From NCBI GenBank assembly GCA_012295275.1, contig CM022669.1:16988001-17052000 (forward strand): a stretch of DNA of 64,000 nt. Direction: 5' to 3'. The notes under the pieces are model-generated. The model had not been told where the DNA came from. It saw only the letters and a program-made list of their open reading frames with translations, and did not search any database. The stretch comes from Chrysomallon squamiferum. Taxonomy: Eukaryota > Animalia > Mollusca. How positions within the stretch are numbered: the first letter of the stretch is position 1; the number at the start of each line of letters is the position of its first letter. Position numbers and translations under genes: made by a program. Shown here one piece after another: positions 1 to 15,277 of this stretch.

Positions 1-60
1 ACAACAAAACTCACTCATGCAAACACATATATGCAACTCACAACTATTTACACATGAACA

Positions 61-67
61 CACACAT

Positions 68-118
<51 letters not shown>

Positions 119-130
119 TACACAAGTACA
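61..130. repeat. (CA)n microsatellite
   Basis: Direct reading. Confidence 0.95.
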
Positions 131-784
131 CATAGATGAAATTTACAGAACACATACAAGTGCATGATAAACTAAAATACACTTAGATGCATCCACACAA
201 GCATTCATATATTCACACACATAAACATGTATATGTATATATATATATATGTTTTGTGATTGCAAACCACAGGAAGATTTATTTTTATATTTATTTTATA
301 TATAAACAATTACCATAACACAAAATTCAGAAACTGTCAAAATAAAATCTAGCTATATCAGCATTAACACAATTTATTTTATTCCTGTACAAAAATGTTC
401 AATAAACTGTAACAAACTACGCAGTTAAAAACTAACATCTTTATTTCCTTTAAAAACCCATCACATTTCTTTTGAATGTGGAAAAAAAAAAAAAAACGTT
501 ATTAAAATTTATAATCACTTTTAGAACAGCACAGATGAGAAAACCTGAATCCTTTTTAAATTCAGTAATATTTACTTTTTTGTTATGTTCTGTTTACCCA
601 GAATAAAGCCAGTTTAGCACAGTTTAACATAGTTTAAGTATTACTCATGTTTTTCTCATGCACAGAAGAAAAATACATACAAAAAGGATGTATACAGGCC
701 AAATCCTGTTTATAGTATTTGTGAAAAGGTATGGATCCCACATGTTTTTGTTAAATATGCAGTTTGTAATTATTATATATCAAG

Positions 785-819
785 TGTGTGCATATGTGTG
801 TGTGTGTGTGTTTGTGTGT

Positions 820-852
<33 letters not shown>
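785..852. repeat. (TG)n microsatellite
   Basis: Direct reading. Confidence 0.95.
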
Positions 853-3800
853 GGAGAAGGTGGGTGTGAGAGGGAGAGGGTGGGTTTGAGAGAAAGAGAC
901 AATGGAAGACAGACAATGAGACAACAGATAAAAAAACACAAAATACAGATATAAAGAGAGAGTTAAAAAAAAAAAAATTCAAAATGAGACAAAAAAAGCT
1001 GAGGCAGAGGGAGGGTCAAATAAAAAATAATAAATAAATAAATGACACACTGTGTAAATGAGAGAAAAAAAAGAGACCATGAAAAAAATAAAAGAAATCT
1101 AATGATACTGATCCAGTTGTTAATGACAGACATTATATCCTTTTAAATTCATAAAAAAAAAAAAAAAAAAAAAAGGAAATTAAACATTAAAATTATTTTT
1201 AGTCAGTTTCAAATGTCTTCCAGATCTTATCAGAATTTAATTTTTTATTTTAATATAGCCTGTAATAACTGGTCTGGGAGGTTTCATTTTTTTTTTTTTT
1301 TTTTTTTGTACACTCAATTTTTATTTTATTTTTATCTAAGTAAAAATGTTCACACACTGCTCCACAAGTTTATTATTGTGACTGGCACTCTTTAAAATAG
1401 AACTCTCACTCTATTAAATAGGCTAAGCCATTCTTCCACTTAAATGTATGTGTCAACAGAACAGGCTGCAAGCAACTGTCAGTTTCAGCTGGTATGTCTA
1501 ATTGCTGCAATTTTCTTTTGTTTGCCAATAACTGAGGCATAAACACTGATACTGGAAACCAAAATAGAGAAGTATTTAACGACCAAATTACAGCAATTTG
1601 AAAGCACAGATTTAATGTTATCTGCCATCAGGTGAATATTACAGAGTAGGTCAAAGGACAGTCAGGCTATTCATTTGATTGGCCCATTATGTGTGATATT
1701 TTCTTGATGGCTAGTCATGTGTTCTTAAGAATGTTATGGTACTGTAATGTAGCATCTTTTTATTTATTTCGTGGACTTAACATTCCAGCTGTGGCATACA
1801 TAAGTTCTTTCATGGACAGTAATATTTCCAACATCAAACCATTGTGACAATATTTTGCACATAACAAATAATCTTTATGTCAATACCACAGTATTTGTGT
1901 GACTCTAGCTAGTTAATGTTAAAGCACATTCATCCTGGATCCACTGTCTAGCCTTAGTAATGATGTCGTTAAGGACATAGTATTTACTGTGTTTTGCACA
2001 AAGGCTTTTGCCTTTTTGTTTTTTTCTGTCATTTATCATGGACTTTACCTATCAATTTCTACAAAGAAAATGTTTTTGACTGTACTGAAATGGTAATTAA
2101 ACAATGGGGAATATAGCAAAGTGTCCACTAATAACAGTTTTAAACCTCAAGTAAAGATAAGAATTGTATTTGTTCCATCATTTACAACAGTTATCATTAA
2201 TAAATGAATCAAAATTCTGATATCTTTTTTTTTCTTTTTTTTTTTTAACCATTTATGTTATTTATTAAAAAAAAAAAAAAATGTAGTTAATAAAGCAGGA
2301 AAAACAATTTGATTAACACTGCCAAAAAAAAAAAAATTAATAAAAAATAAGATTAAAGTAAATTATTCATTACTGTTGCACAATTGCATGTCACTGTTTT
2401 ATTTCATATCTGAGACTGGACTATTAATCAACCTATTAAACAACAGTTACTGGCTAACTATACATCAGTAATATCTTGCCAAAATAACTAAGAGGTTTAC
2501 TCTGAAGTCATCAGGACTGAATCAAAAATAATTATCTCCCTTACAAATCAATATTCTTCTAATAAGAAGTCTTGTGATACAGGAAATCAAGTTGAAATCT
2601 ATCTAATCAGATTTATCTGTCAAACAAAAAGGTGACATTTAAATCCAGTTATCATCACAAATCAATACTGTGCAATCAAACAGTGACAATAAATTAAGAA
2701 GATTTGTTAGATAAAAATTAATAAACAGATTTCTGCTCATTGACAAATACTATGTTTACTGACATAACAACGGGGGAAAACACCAATCCCAAATTCACAA
2801 GCTTTATACCTTAGTCATTTACTCAAAGATAGTAAGGTTTTAAAGCTTTATCTAACAAATGATTCAGCATTTTTCCTTCAGTTTAAACAGACTTAATTTT
2901 GTCATAAATTCTTGATGTAGCATACAACTTAAAAGGTTTGAACAGTTAACAATAACATTCTTTTTGAATTAGTTCTGCTAGCAACTGGGCTTTATGAATT
3001 CTGGTTCTATTTCATAAGCTTTGGTTCAGATTTACAACTTTTTTACCATTAATTTAATCATCATAAAAATAAATCCACAGTGACCATTTTTTTTTTAAAT
3101 GACTGCAGATTATTCTTAATCATAATTTTCATTAAAAAAAATTATACAGACAGCACATACCACTTTATTACAAATGTAAAGAACACTGTACTGGATGGTT
3201 TAACAAGTCATCATATGTAAATTGCACAGACTAATTTGCAAGATAGATATCATAACAAAAATATTTCTATTATACAAAGTAGATACAAAACACCCAGTAT
3301 AATATACCTCAACATAATATTCAGCACATTTATAGTAAGATATGAAAAACCCATTTCTAACTGTCGAAGATATACACAAGATATATATATATATATAAAA
3401 CTTATTGTATAAAGCTTTATATAAAATATATTGCATGACAGGAAACAATTTTTTTAGCATATCATGAAAGAAACACTGAGTATAAACACACACACACACA
3501 CACACACACATATCAGTGTCAGTATAATACATTAATAACAGAGGTAATTGCTATTATTATGTAACATAAATGCAAAAGATTTCTAACACATATATAACAC
3601 AACAAGCTATTAAATATCTAATACACAAACCTCTCAAATAGAAAATACCACTGACATAAAACATGATGAGATATTAAATTGTATCACATGATCACTCACA
3701 TTAGAAAAATATCCATATAAGATGTTCTGAATTTGAATGTTTCCAAACAACCTTGATTTTTTTTTCCGCAGATTATTTATCCAGAGCAAAGAACACATTG

Positions 3801-4085
3801 AACAGCAGATTTTTAATTTATGACCATCTTGAGCAAGAAAATTTTAAATATTAGTTAAAAGATAGGAAAATATATGGCCAGAGATTGTCTCTTCAGATAA
3901 AACAGTGGTTTGGGTGTCATCATCAACAGTGAGATAAGCCCACAACCTGTGATTTATTAATTTCAGTGACATTTGAAGATCCAGTCTTGCATTGTTCAAA
4001 TAATCCCATTACTGAGCATGAATCATTTTTATTAATTTGACCTTTCTGATAAAGATGATAGGTCACCTGACTTTTATATATATAA

Positions 4086-4120
<35 letters not shown>

Positions 4121-4137
4121 CAGATAGATAGACAGAC

Positions 4138-4212
<75 letters not shown>

Positions 4213-4365
4213 CAGATAGATAGCTATGTGTGTGTGTGTGTGTGTAATGAGGTGTATGTGAATATACATGCTTGCTGTTTGGATATCACAAGTTTCTGTC
4301 TTCATGAATAAATTTACTTTATTAATAAAAGGGATATTATTATATCTGTTGTAATCTTCAAAGTG

Positions 4366-4420
<55 letters not shown>
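4086..4420. repeat. Compound microsatellites (CA)/(TA)/(GACA)/(GATA)/(TG)/(CA)
   Basis: Direct reading. Confidence 0.95.
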
Positions 4421-5907
4421 GCAGATAAAACAAAATCACATATATGAATGTATATAAACATTAACTCAATCAGATTAAATAAAACCACATATGAATGAAC
4501 TCAAAAAAAAAAAAAAAAAAAAAAAAAAAACCCACCTAATTTATTAATTTTAATATAGCTAAAACCTACTTAAGTTATTAACAAAATAAATTACTTATAA
4601 TACACTCCAAAAGAAATACAAAACAAAATAATACTTAATTATTTTAATGTATATAAAACCTCTGTTAATCCTTTTTAAAAACATTACTTATAAACAAAAT
4701 ACACCCACAAAGAAACAAAATGGAACTTAATTACTTTAACACATTTTTATGAAGTAGGTATAAAGATAATATACCCCAATAGATATGAAAAAAATAATAA
4801 TGAATTTAGATGATTTCTTAATGTAGCAAAAGCTTCTACAAATCAGTTTTACAAACATTGCTTATACACATTATACACACACCTCCAATAGAAAACAAAA
4901 ATCTACCTTAATTATTTTAACACCTCTACCAATCCATTCAACAAACAAAAAATAATAAAAAAATTATAATAATAATAATAATTACTTATTATTCAAGATT
5001 CTGCAACGTAATGAAACTTTAACAAACCACTCAAGTGAAAATATCTGACCTGTTTAAAGCACACCGTTGGTAAAGTATTAGTAATAAACCATGACTGTAA
5101 AAATGACAAACAGTCCAACCCAGTCATCCATCATGTACACTAGGAAGACACACGTGAACTACAGGTAATTTCCAATCAAAAGATGATAGGTATCATAGTG
5201 TAAACTCAAGAGGAATTTCATCTACATGTTCCACATACTAAAATTTGTAGATATTGATTGAAATGTCAAGATGAAAATGAAAATGCAGCAAAAAAATGGG
5301 AAAAAAAGAGGAAAATTAAGAACATATGTTAAAAATAAAACTAAGATGTCTCCCTCTTGAAGCTGGTTGAAGATACAAGGAAACCGTTAAACCTTATTTT
5401 TATCAGCAGGATAGCAGATACCATAACTTATCATAGAATATTGATAATTTTAAAACTAAAAAGATAATAAAGAAGATATATTTTGCTTCAATACAGTCAT
5501 AAAGTAAACCAAAAAAAAGAATCTGAGAAAGAAAATTAAAAAAATAAATGATCCTTCAAAACATATTAAACGACATGTTAATACTGGAAGTGACATATTT
5601 TATTTACACCTTTCTATAACAACATAATATTTGAATAAAAAATAAAACAAATATTATGATGTTAGATAATAAAACTTTTTAAGTACCTGCATTTATTTTC
5701 ATAACTACCTTATTTATCTCCAATAAAAAAAAAAAATAAACGATATCTTTATTGTCATTATTCAGCATGGAAAGCTGTATATATATTTACTGTGAGTATA
5801 TAAATTTTAAATGTATAACAGTGATAAAAATGATCTATTATGAAGGTGTGTCAATACATATTTTAGGTATGTCACACTTTGTAACATTTTCTTTCATTTG
5901 AAAAAAC

Positions 5908-5981
5908 TGGGTAGATTTTATCTATTTAATGCAGATATACTAACCTAGTTTTAATTATGAGATTCCAACATGAATGATTTA

Positions 5982-6020
<39 letters not shown>

Positions 6021-6079
6021 GGAATCTCATAATTAAAACTCGGTTAGTATATCTGCATTAAATAGATAAAATCTACCCA
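5908..6079. repeat. Near-perfect 62-bp inverted repeat with a 48-bp spacer containing (CA)n
   Basis: 5908-5969 is the reverse complement of 6018-6079 with one mismatch (5946/6041). Confidence 0.95.
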
Positions 6080-8262
6080 ACATACATATATATAAAACCA
6101 TTACATAAAGTAAATAATTTGAGTGTACATATCCAGTCATGTATAATGAGTTATGTAACTCAATTTACATTTTGTTTACACGAAATACCAATGTATGTAT
6201 TCCACACATACAGTACTTTATTATTATTATTATTATTAAAAACCCGTTAATTATCTACATTCAGAAATATACATTTCCTTTCATGAAGTATTTATGTCAA
6301 TCTTTCTTTCAGAGAAATCTAAATATGTATGATATACATAACAATAAAAATGAAATCAATACACAATATATGTGTGTGTAAACTTTAAGTTTGAAAATGT
6401 CAACATAACACTCAGTAGACTTGATCATTGAAATAAATCACGTGAAAATAATAAAAACAAAAATGCATATTTTAAGCTTTATGATATGAAATTTTACATT
6501 TTAATAATATTATTAAAATGAAATATTTATGAAATAAAATAAAATAAAATAAATATACTTGATTTGTTTTAAAAAGTGAAAAAAAACTTGATATAATGTA
6601 AAAACTATAATACTAACAAAAAAAGACTGAATCATAAGTTATGCATTCACAAAATGTGTATATATATGTGTGTGTGTGTGATAATTGTTTAAAAACAAAT
6701 AATAATTAATTAATATAAATTAAAATACTTACATTTTAACATACCTAAAACTTAAGATCAATATTGCCATTCAGAAAATAAAAAAGACATCAACTTTGCA
6801 TTCACAAATGTTTATTTTTTTTATCTTATAAACAAGTGCACAAATAAGTAATTTCATACAGTTTTATGTCTACATTTCCAAAAATAAACACTAATTTATA
6901 TAGATTAAAATACTTACATAAAAAAAGCTTTCTAAAATAAAATATTTTCTGTCAAGCAAAATTTGGTGTTTCTATCCAGAAATTTGTTTTGATAACAGCT
7001 ACTTGTAAGTCCACTAAACTGTTTGATGTTGAAGTCAGGTGACATGTAATCAAAGACTGACATGCACCACTTCACCAAAAATGTCACGCATGAATGACTT
7101 TAGGTCCAGTTCAGTGGGGGATGAAGTTAATCCAATCATGGACAAGTTATTCAGCAACCAAGGAATGTGAACAGTTTCAACATTAATTTTATTTGATTAC
7201 CTGGGTAATGTGAGGCAATCACTGTTGTACAAGTAGGAAGGTAATTATATGTATATATATTATGTGTTATGTAAGTTTTTGCTGTAATAATATAACAGAA
7301 GATTAATGAATATCAGATTTATAATCCTGTTATAACATTATTTGTTTTGGGGTTTTTATTATTAAATATTATTTTTTTATTTAGTTAATTTTCATTGTTT
7401 AATGTTTGTTTGTTGTTATTTTTTGGCTGTTGGGAGGGGTAAATTTTTTTTTTTTTCTCTCCCTATGTGTCATGTATTTGTGAAACATTTCCAAAAGGAG
7501 CAAAAAGTTCATTACAAGTATATAGTAGGGAAAAGAGCTTCCTTAAAAAAAAAAAAAAAAATAGCTATCAGCCTAGTTCAGTTGAAAACATTTGAATGAA
7601 ATTCATAATTAAAATATACAAATAATTATCATATAAAATTCAGCAATTTACAATTTATTAAAATTGATATATTTGTCATTCATGAGGTAAGATCTTAATA
7701 AAAAAAAAAAAAATAAAAAAAAAAATAATAAAAACATTTTCTTGCAGCTGTTTCGAATACCTATTGAATTAACTAAAATATTTCTGAGTACAGACCAGTC
7801 TCAAACTACCACATCTGAATAAAAAAAATATATACATATATTTCAACAAAAAACATATAAAAGGTATTTTCAGGATATTATTGAACTATACCTTCTTTTT
7901 TCACTCATTCCAGTTATACAGTTAAAAACCCACTCCAGGTTAAAAATCCTGAAACTCAACCTCTTGAAAAATATTTACTGTTAAAACTTCAAACTGGCAG
8001 ACATGAAAGCCCAGACAGAAGCAATAAGACAAAAAATTACTAGCCAGACATGTGCAGTGCATGAACTCCACAGAAACAATGTGGCTTCCTTTTGACATAT
8101 TGTCAGCACCTGAACAACACATCTCAACTTTTTCCTGTTCTGCCCCAGTGAGAAATAGTTTTTTTGTTTTAAATATATAGCATTTGCAGATAGATAAATA
8201 TTTTAGTTTGCCTGTACTGCCAAAGCGCCAACACACAGCTTTAAGTACATATAATTGTATCA

Positions 8263-8560
8263 TTTACAAATATGCCTGCATTAGTTTGCATACATAACGA
8301 TAACAATAACACAGACTTAAATGTATAATATTATTTACAAGTATCTCTGTATTAGTCTGCATAGATAAAACCACAGCAAGAATATAGCTTTAAAAATAAA
8401 ATGTATAGATTATACTTTACAAATGTCTATTATTAGTTTGCCTATATAACGATACCAATAACATAGCTTTAAATATATATATATCATTAACAAATATATC
8501 TATACTATTTGCCTATGCAACCACAGCAATAATATAGCTGTAAACAGATATATATCATTT
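8263..8560. repeat. Degenerate tandem repeat, about 4 copies of about 75 bp
   Basis: Recurring tttacaaa...attagtttgcata...aac(g)a(t/c)a(a/g)caataa(c/t)atagc. Confidence 0.6.
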
Positions 8561-11500
8561 ACTAGATACCGTATCTAACTGGTTTCTAAAATTCCCTTAA
8601 TTTTTTCCTTAAACCAAAGCAATATCAAATTACAGTTAAACAAATTTTTATATATATACTACATATTTATTCATTATAAACACATTCAGACATAGCACCA
8701 AATCCATTTACAATCCATACCATTATTCTTTGCAAACACTAAAATCACATACTTTGTTTTCAGAAGCTGGTCCTAAAACTTTCAAACATCAAAACCAAGA
8801 TGACCAGCTTTCTCTGCAGGCAACAAAGAACTTTGTAACTGCATGCTGGAACCATTGCCAGTAATTCACTCTCATTGATTACACTTTGAGTGAGGTCAAA
8901 TGGTTATTGTTTCGGACACTGCAGTGAGACAGGTTCACAGTGGAACAAAAATCCATAATTGTTAATAAAACTGACCATTGTGAAAGGGAAACTGAAGAAT
9001 CTGGATTTTGACCTGTGAATTTATTTAATAGAATAATTATAGCAGGAACTTTTGGGGGTTTAATTTGGTTTGTTTTTACTGAAAAATACTCTGTAAGATT
9101 ACTTATTAAAAGAATAGATTAAATAAATCCTCCATTTTAATCTGACACAAAAATGTTCAGGTTTTGGTCGATGATATTTAGATTTTAGCAAATTAATACA
9201 GAGTTTAAATTTAATAAACAATCTCTCTCTCTCTCTCTCTCTCAAAATATTTCTGTGTACTTCATATTTCTCATTTTATTATATTTATCACATCCGCATT
9301 TTCCATCTCTCTATGTCTGTGTCTTTCTGACACTCACAGTTAATTTTTCCCATATATGTACATTATATCTGTACCAGTATATGTATGTTTGGCATTACAA
9401 ACTAGTGTATTTTCACGTATATACATACTAATTCAGTGCTCAAGGCATATAAAAGGTGACAGATAGTGATTCATTATTTATGTCCCAGCTGACACATAAA
9501 CAAAAGTATTATCAGATAACCCAATGCCAGCATCCATCGAGAACTTAATGTATATTCCATTTACATCTTAAATATTGAAATATTAATATTATTAAAACAA
9601 TCCCTAAATGGCAAATCTTAAAAATACGTTTTCACTTTTTTTTTTTTTTTTCCATTTTTTTTTTTTTTTTTTTTAATTTTTCATTTATGAGCACCTTAAT
9701 ATTAGTTTTTATTACAATCTATTTCCTTAATTTTTTTTTCTTTTGATTTGTATCTTTCTAAACTTTTTTCCTCTTGCTACCTCCCTCCTTTTTTCTTCCT
9801 TTTCCTTTTCTTTGCCTTCAAGATTTTTTGAATCTTTCTATATTTATTTACTGTACGTTGACTGAACGAACCTTTGCCCATCATAGCAAACGTTTTCAGA
9901 TAAACCATTGAACTACTGATATAAATGTTAATAGATCTCAATCTTTTAATCAGTAAAAAAAAAAGTCTGTGATGCAAATTTAAAAATTCATGCATATCAT
10001 TACTGTGCCAAATTATCCGACATATATAAATTATAATATAAACAATTCAGATTTATAAATAATCAAAAATATTTTTAAAATACTTACATCAACAAAGAAA
10101 ATTCTTCAAGAATTGTAAAAAACGGTTTTGTTGTTGTTTTTGTTTCAAAAATGGGATAGCAATTTACTTCTAAAGAATTATTCCTTACACCTTTTTAAAA
10201 ATGTTTTTAAATTTTTTGTTTTTAAACTTTCCCTCTCACTTCTTTGTCGCATAAAAATGATAAAACTCTGCTAAAGAAATCCATGCACATTAGCCACTGT
10301 AAAAGTGTTGACTATTTTTGGTCATGATCGGTTGGTTGAGCCTGTCAGCACCAGGCGTGTTTTCTGTCTCCTGATGGTAACCAGAGCTATGCGTTTCTAA
10401 TTATAGCTGCTTTCAAAATTCAAGTTTAAATTCTATTAATAACACCCAGATGGTTAATTTCTGGCAGCTGTTCTTAATAATTAGTTTGTCTTCTTCATTT
10501 TACTTGTGCTTGATATTTTGAAATTTTTATTTTTATTTTTGTAACTTTTTATTGACTGAATGGATAAATGGATGACTTAACAAATGAATTGACAGTTTAT
10601 GTCATTGGGAAATATTTACAATAACAGTATTTTTTAAAATCTGTTACCATAAGCCTAACCATCACTTCAAACAACATACAATTTAATTATCAAAATAATA
10701 TTATTAATATAAAAATAAGTTCTTCTTGTTAATAAATAAAATCTTGTTATTTCGGTTAAACAGATTACTTATCTAGATCTTTATCTTGTTGTGAAATTGT
10801 ATCATTTCAAAGTATGTTTTAAAGCCATATCTGAAAATTTCATCTTGCTGTTTTAAAAATAGCTGTGATATTATTTTTGCATATGTCAGCAAAATTCAAA
10901 TATCCTGTGTACGTTACTGCATAAATGTCCGTCAGCTGTTCAGCATCAGCAATACTATGTAGACTTTAAATATGAAAACCGAAACGATGATAAAATATTA
11001 TTTACTATCCTCACCAGATAATATGCATTTGTTATGATGTGCTCTAAGCATCATTTATCTTTACATAGAAATAATGCAATTTCAAAAAAAAAAGTCATAA
11101 CTGTTATAAACTTTAATAAAACATAGTAAGAGGAAAGAGGATAAATAAAACAGTATACAAATGAATTTTTAAAATTATAATCGGATGACAATCCAAAAAA
11201 AAATCTTATTACCTAAAACATGTAGTTCAGGCCTTACTTTGGAAAAAGGTTAATAACAAACCAAAGTAAGACAATCCCTCCCCTCACATTTATAGGACTT
11301 CCCTTATGATGTACACTTCTTAACATAACTGTGATGGGAACAGCCTATAGATAGGGACTTCCTGATACTTTAACATGTCTAAACAAGGAAACAGTCATAG
11401 GTAATTACACCCAGCGACAGCAGCTGGATCATGTGACTTACCGTTATCTACAGCAAACAGCCATACACGCACACGATTCATTTTGTCAGAGTTTGTTTTA

Positions 11501-12474
11501 AACAAAATGACATGCTTACAACGCTGAGTTAATTTTAATTTGAAGAAATTGAGATTTATGAATTATATAATTATTGTTTATTTTATTACATTTTTTTAGA
11601 TTTTTGTTAATCAATCTACTGTTTTATCATCAAAATTTTATCATAATCATTATTATTATTACTACCATCATCATCGTTTTTAATACTCATTATTATTGTT
11701 AGTGGTATCATTACTATTTTCATTATTATGATCATTATATCATTATTATTGTTGATATTAATTATTATTATTATTATTATTATTATGATCATTGTTATTA
11801 TTTTATTTCCAATTTCTGAATCTATAATTTGCATTTATTTATCTAATAAGGCTTTTTTTTCTCCATTTTATTTGTCTGAAAGGTAAAATTATTTTGTATT
11901 TCTGAGGAAAGGTAGACAAATCGATACCTATTATTCTTACCTTAATCCTTCATTGCTGTAATGGACCATTATAACCTACACTTTATATCTGTACATTCAG
12001 TCTGAGAGATGGATAGACTGGTGGATGGATGAATGGATTCAGAGATTGATGGAAGGAAGAAAATAATGGATGGATGAATTTATGTCATAAAGAAAAAATC
12101 ACTTCTCTAAGGTATAATTATAATCAACTTCAAAGTTATTTCCCTTTGTAAACATCTTCAAAAGAAATCATTCTTGTCTTTCATTAATATGATGTATCCA
12201 ACATAAAGATATAATTATACTGTTATACCATGTGCACCCATTAGTTACAGAATATATTCAACATTCAGAATGACACAGTTGTTAAAGCTGTCACCTAATA
12301 TTTGTAGATTCTACATTTAAAAAACATTACAGCACAAAAGTTATTTGTGAACAGGTTAAATATTGACAGTATTGTGAAGTTCAGTCAGTGCAAGGACCAT
12401 ACACACAGAAGCAAGCTGGAATGTGAACTGAAAAAACCTTGAAGGAAAATAAAAAAATACATATAAATGATGAA

Positions 12475-12775
12475 TGAACAAATATTTGTTTAATGACACC
12501 TCAGAATAACACAGTGTTAATAGGTTATTAGTTATCAAACACAGTCATTATATAGTATTTGTATGAGAGGAATGCCACATTTGTCACTCTTTGGACTTCA
12601 CTTTCATATAGCAGCAAGAAATGTTTTTGTATGCACCTTTCTATAAACAGGAAAATACTTTGAGATGCAAGTCAAGGATATTGGTTAGAATGTGAAAAAA
12701 AAAGTTGTAACTGCACAAAACAGATTGGATCCTAGCACTATAAGTGCACTAAAGAAGTTTAATACTGGAAATACT
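12475..12775 (-). mobile_element. Decayed tRNA-derived SINE, near full length
   Basis: Tail (atttgtttaatgacacctcag), core (atagcagcaagaaatgtttttgtatgcacctttctataaacagg) and head remnant (ggatcctagcac) in the same order as the copies at 44760 and 53150. Confidence 0.55.
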
Positions 12776-12847
12776 AAGGATTCATTAGATTAGCTTTATA
12801 TTATCAGAGCTGTAGCTGACCTGATTTTTATTAGAAGAAGTCTTACA

Positions 12848-12851
<4 letters not shown>

Positions 12852-12930
<79 letters not shown>
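12852..12930. repeat. (GA)n microsatellite
   Basis: Direct reading. Confidence 0.95.
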
Positions 12931-12933
<3 letters not shown>

Positions 12934-13835
12934 TGAAGGAATTAATTGGTCAACAGACAAACAAAGAGAGACAGACAGTTTTGTTATTGTATTTTTAAGT
13001 GTTTATGAATGTGTGTGTTTGGATGTAATTATTTATTTTCAAAAAAATAAAAAAATAAATATTTATTTATTTAAAATTCAAAGCTTGACAGATGTATTTA
13101 TATTAAGAAATAATTTATTTTAAATTTTTAAAGTTTTAATGTTTATTTTATTATTCATAAGTATTTGTGTTATGCACATAATTCATAATTCATAAAAAAA
13201 AAAAAATTAAATTCATGTCCTGTAAATTTCAGAAAAACCATTTAAGTTCTGAATAATATATTGAGACTAAATTTTGTGTAAATGTTTAAAAAGGTGAACT
13301 CTATAACATTTTGTTGCTTTATATGTTTTTTCTTTATGACTTTTTGTAACAGAAACATCCACTGAATTAACTTTCCTAAATTGAAGTAATTCCAACTGGT
13401 CATTAACTGGATTATGATCCATGACCTTAATCACTCCCCCCTTTAGTACATCTCCATCATGTGTATGAAACTGCTGGACAATGGTGGAATATTTGTGTGT
13501 GTAATACCAAGTCATATATCACCACACACCAGTGCCTACTTTATTTTCAATTTGTGACCAAGTGGAGCAGACTAAACTGAGGTCTGAAAACAGTTTATTT
13601 AACAGAGAGAGATAGATTACCTTGTTACAAGGATATGAGACGAAACAGCAAGAGAATAATACCCAAGGGTTATTTTTATATAAATAAATTTCTTTCTTTC
13701 TTATAACTTTTTTCTTCTTTTTTTTAATTTTTTATTTTTTCCTCTTTTTTTTTTTAATTTTATTTATTTATTTTATTTCTATTTTTTTTTTTTTTTTAAT
13801 TATTATATTTTAATTATTATTATTATCATTTTTTT

Positions 13836-13871
<36 letters not shown>

Positions 13872-14888
13872 GTTATTTTGAATATCAAGCATAAAATCTT
13901 GGATTATTTTATCAGATTGTTATTCTCTTACCCCAGCAGTGTGGTTCAGACACGCATTCCTAGGCACAGGTCAGCTAATAACATTAATCTCTGGATATGC
14001 TTCATAAAAAGTGTTTATGTTAAATATAATGTCATGCTATTAACTTTAAATCGTGCATTTCTTGACACTGATAAAATAAATAAATACACAAACAAACAAA
14101 CAAACAAATAAATAAATAATATTAAAAAGAAAAAGAAGAAGAAACAATCACATTGAAACTCCAGAAAGGATTCTTCTAGTCACTGCTGTTCAGAGCTCAG
14201 CTTAGAACATCCAAGACTCTTTTGTCATTCATAAACAGGATTAAAGCACATGTTTCCTGGACAAAAATCAATAGATAACACCCTTACAACTGATCAGTGA
14301 GTGATCTACAGAAGACATATTGTTCATAGTCACTGCTGGACCCAACATGTAGTCAAGGAAAGTCAATGAGATGTGTTAAAAAAAAAAAAAAAAAAAAATC
14401 TTTAATCCAACATCTGATTATCTGTGAAATGAGAAATAATGAAATAGTCATTCAAAATGACAACATAAAACAACAGACTACAACAACAGAATAACAACAC
14501 AACATATGAAACAGATATTTTTAACAACGTAGAACACATAAAAATATACAATCTATATACAAGGACAAAACACACCAACACTTCCAAGCTTAAAGTTAAA
14601 TAATATTATCAGTTATGCCTGAGGCTAAAAAGTCGAATGTATAATTCTTGTGCTACATTTCAAAAATGTAGATGCAAAATTAGGTGATATGAGAATTCAG
14701 TGCAATAAATCAATTTTTGCATTCCGATCTGTCAAGGTGAAATGAAACTCAGGTAAAAACTGAACAGGGTAATATATCACCTGTGTTCATGTAGGTGTAT
14801 TATATTTCAATATTTCATGATTGTGTAGGTAATATTATATATTACAGGTGGATGTTTGTGACCATATAACTAATTCCATCTATTGTAG

Positions 14889-15277
14889 GTGGATATTCCA
14901 CGACAATGTAACTAACACTATATATATTTTCAGTGGATATTTTATAATAATGTAACTAACACTATATATTTTCAGTGGATATTTTATAATAATGTAACTA
15001 ACACGATGTATTATCAGTGGATATTTTATGATAATGTAACTAACACAATGTATTATCAGTGGATATTTAATAATAATGTAACTAACACAATGTATTATCA
15101 TTGGATATTTTATGATAATGTAACTAACACAATGTATTATCAGTGGATATTTTATGATAATGTAACTAACACAATGTATTATCAGTGGATATTTTATGAT
15201 AATGTAACTAACACAAATGTATTATCAGTGGATATTTTATCATAATGTAACTAACACAATGTATTATCATTGAATAT
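14889..15277. repeat. Minisatellite, 42-bp unit, about 9 copies
   Basis: Unit gtggatattttatgataatgtaactaacacaatgtattatca; explains the repetitive ORFs at 14880 and 15006. Confidence 0.95.

Noticed and set aside
13267-13515. 82-aa ORF with a VLKGGVI motif as the missing PDZ continuation
   Set aside because: No GD-x-I/L...NG pattern and no convincing splice sites.
14880-15245. 14-aa repeat proteins on both strands
   Set aside because: A by-product of a 42-bp unit divisible by three; no splice or codon evidence.
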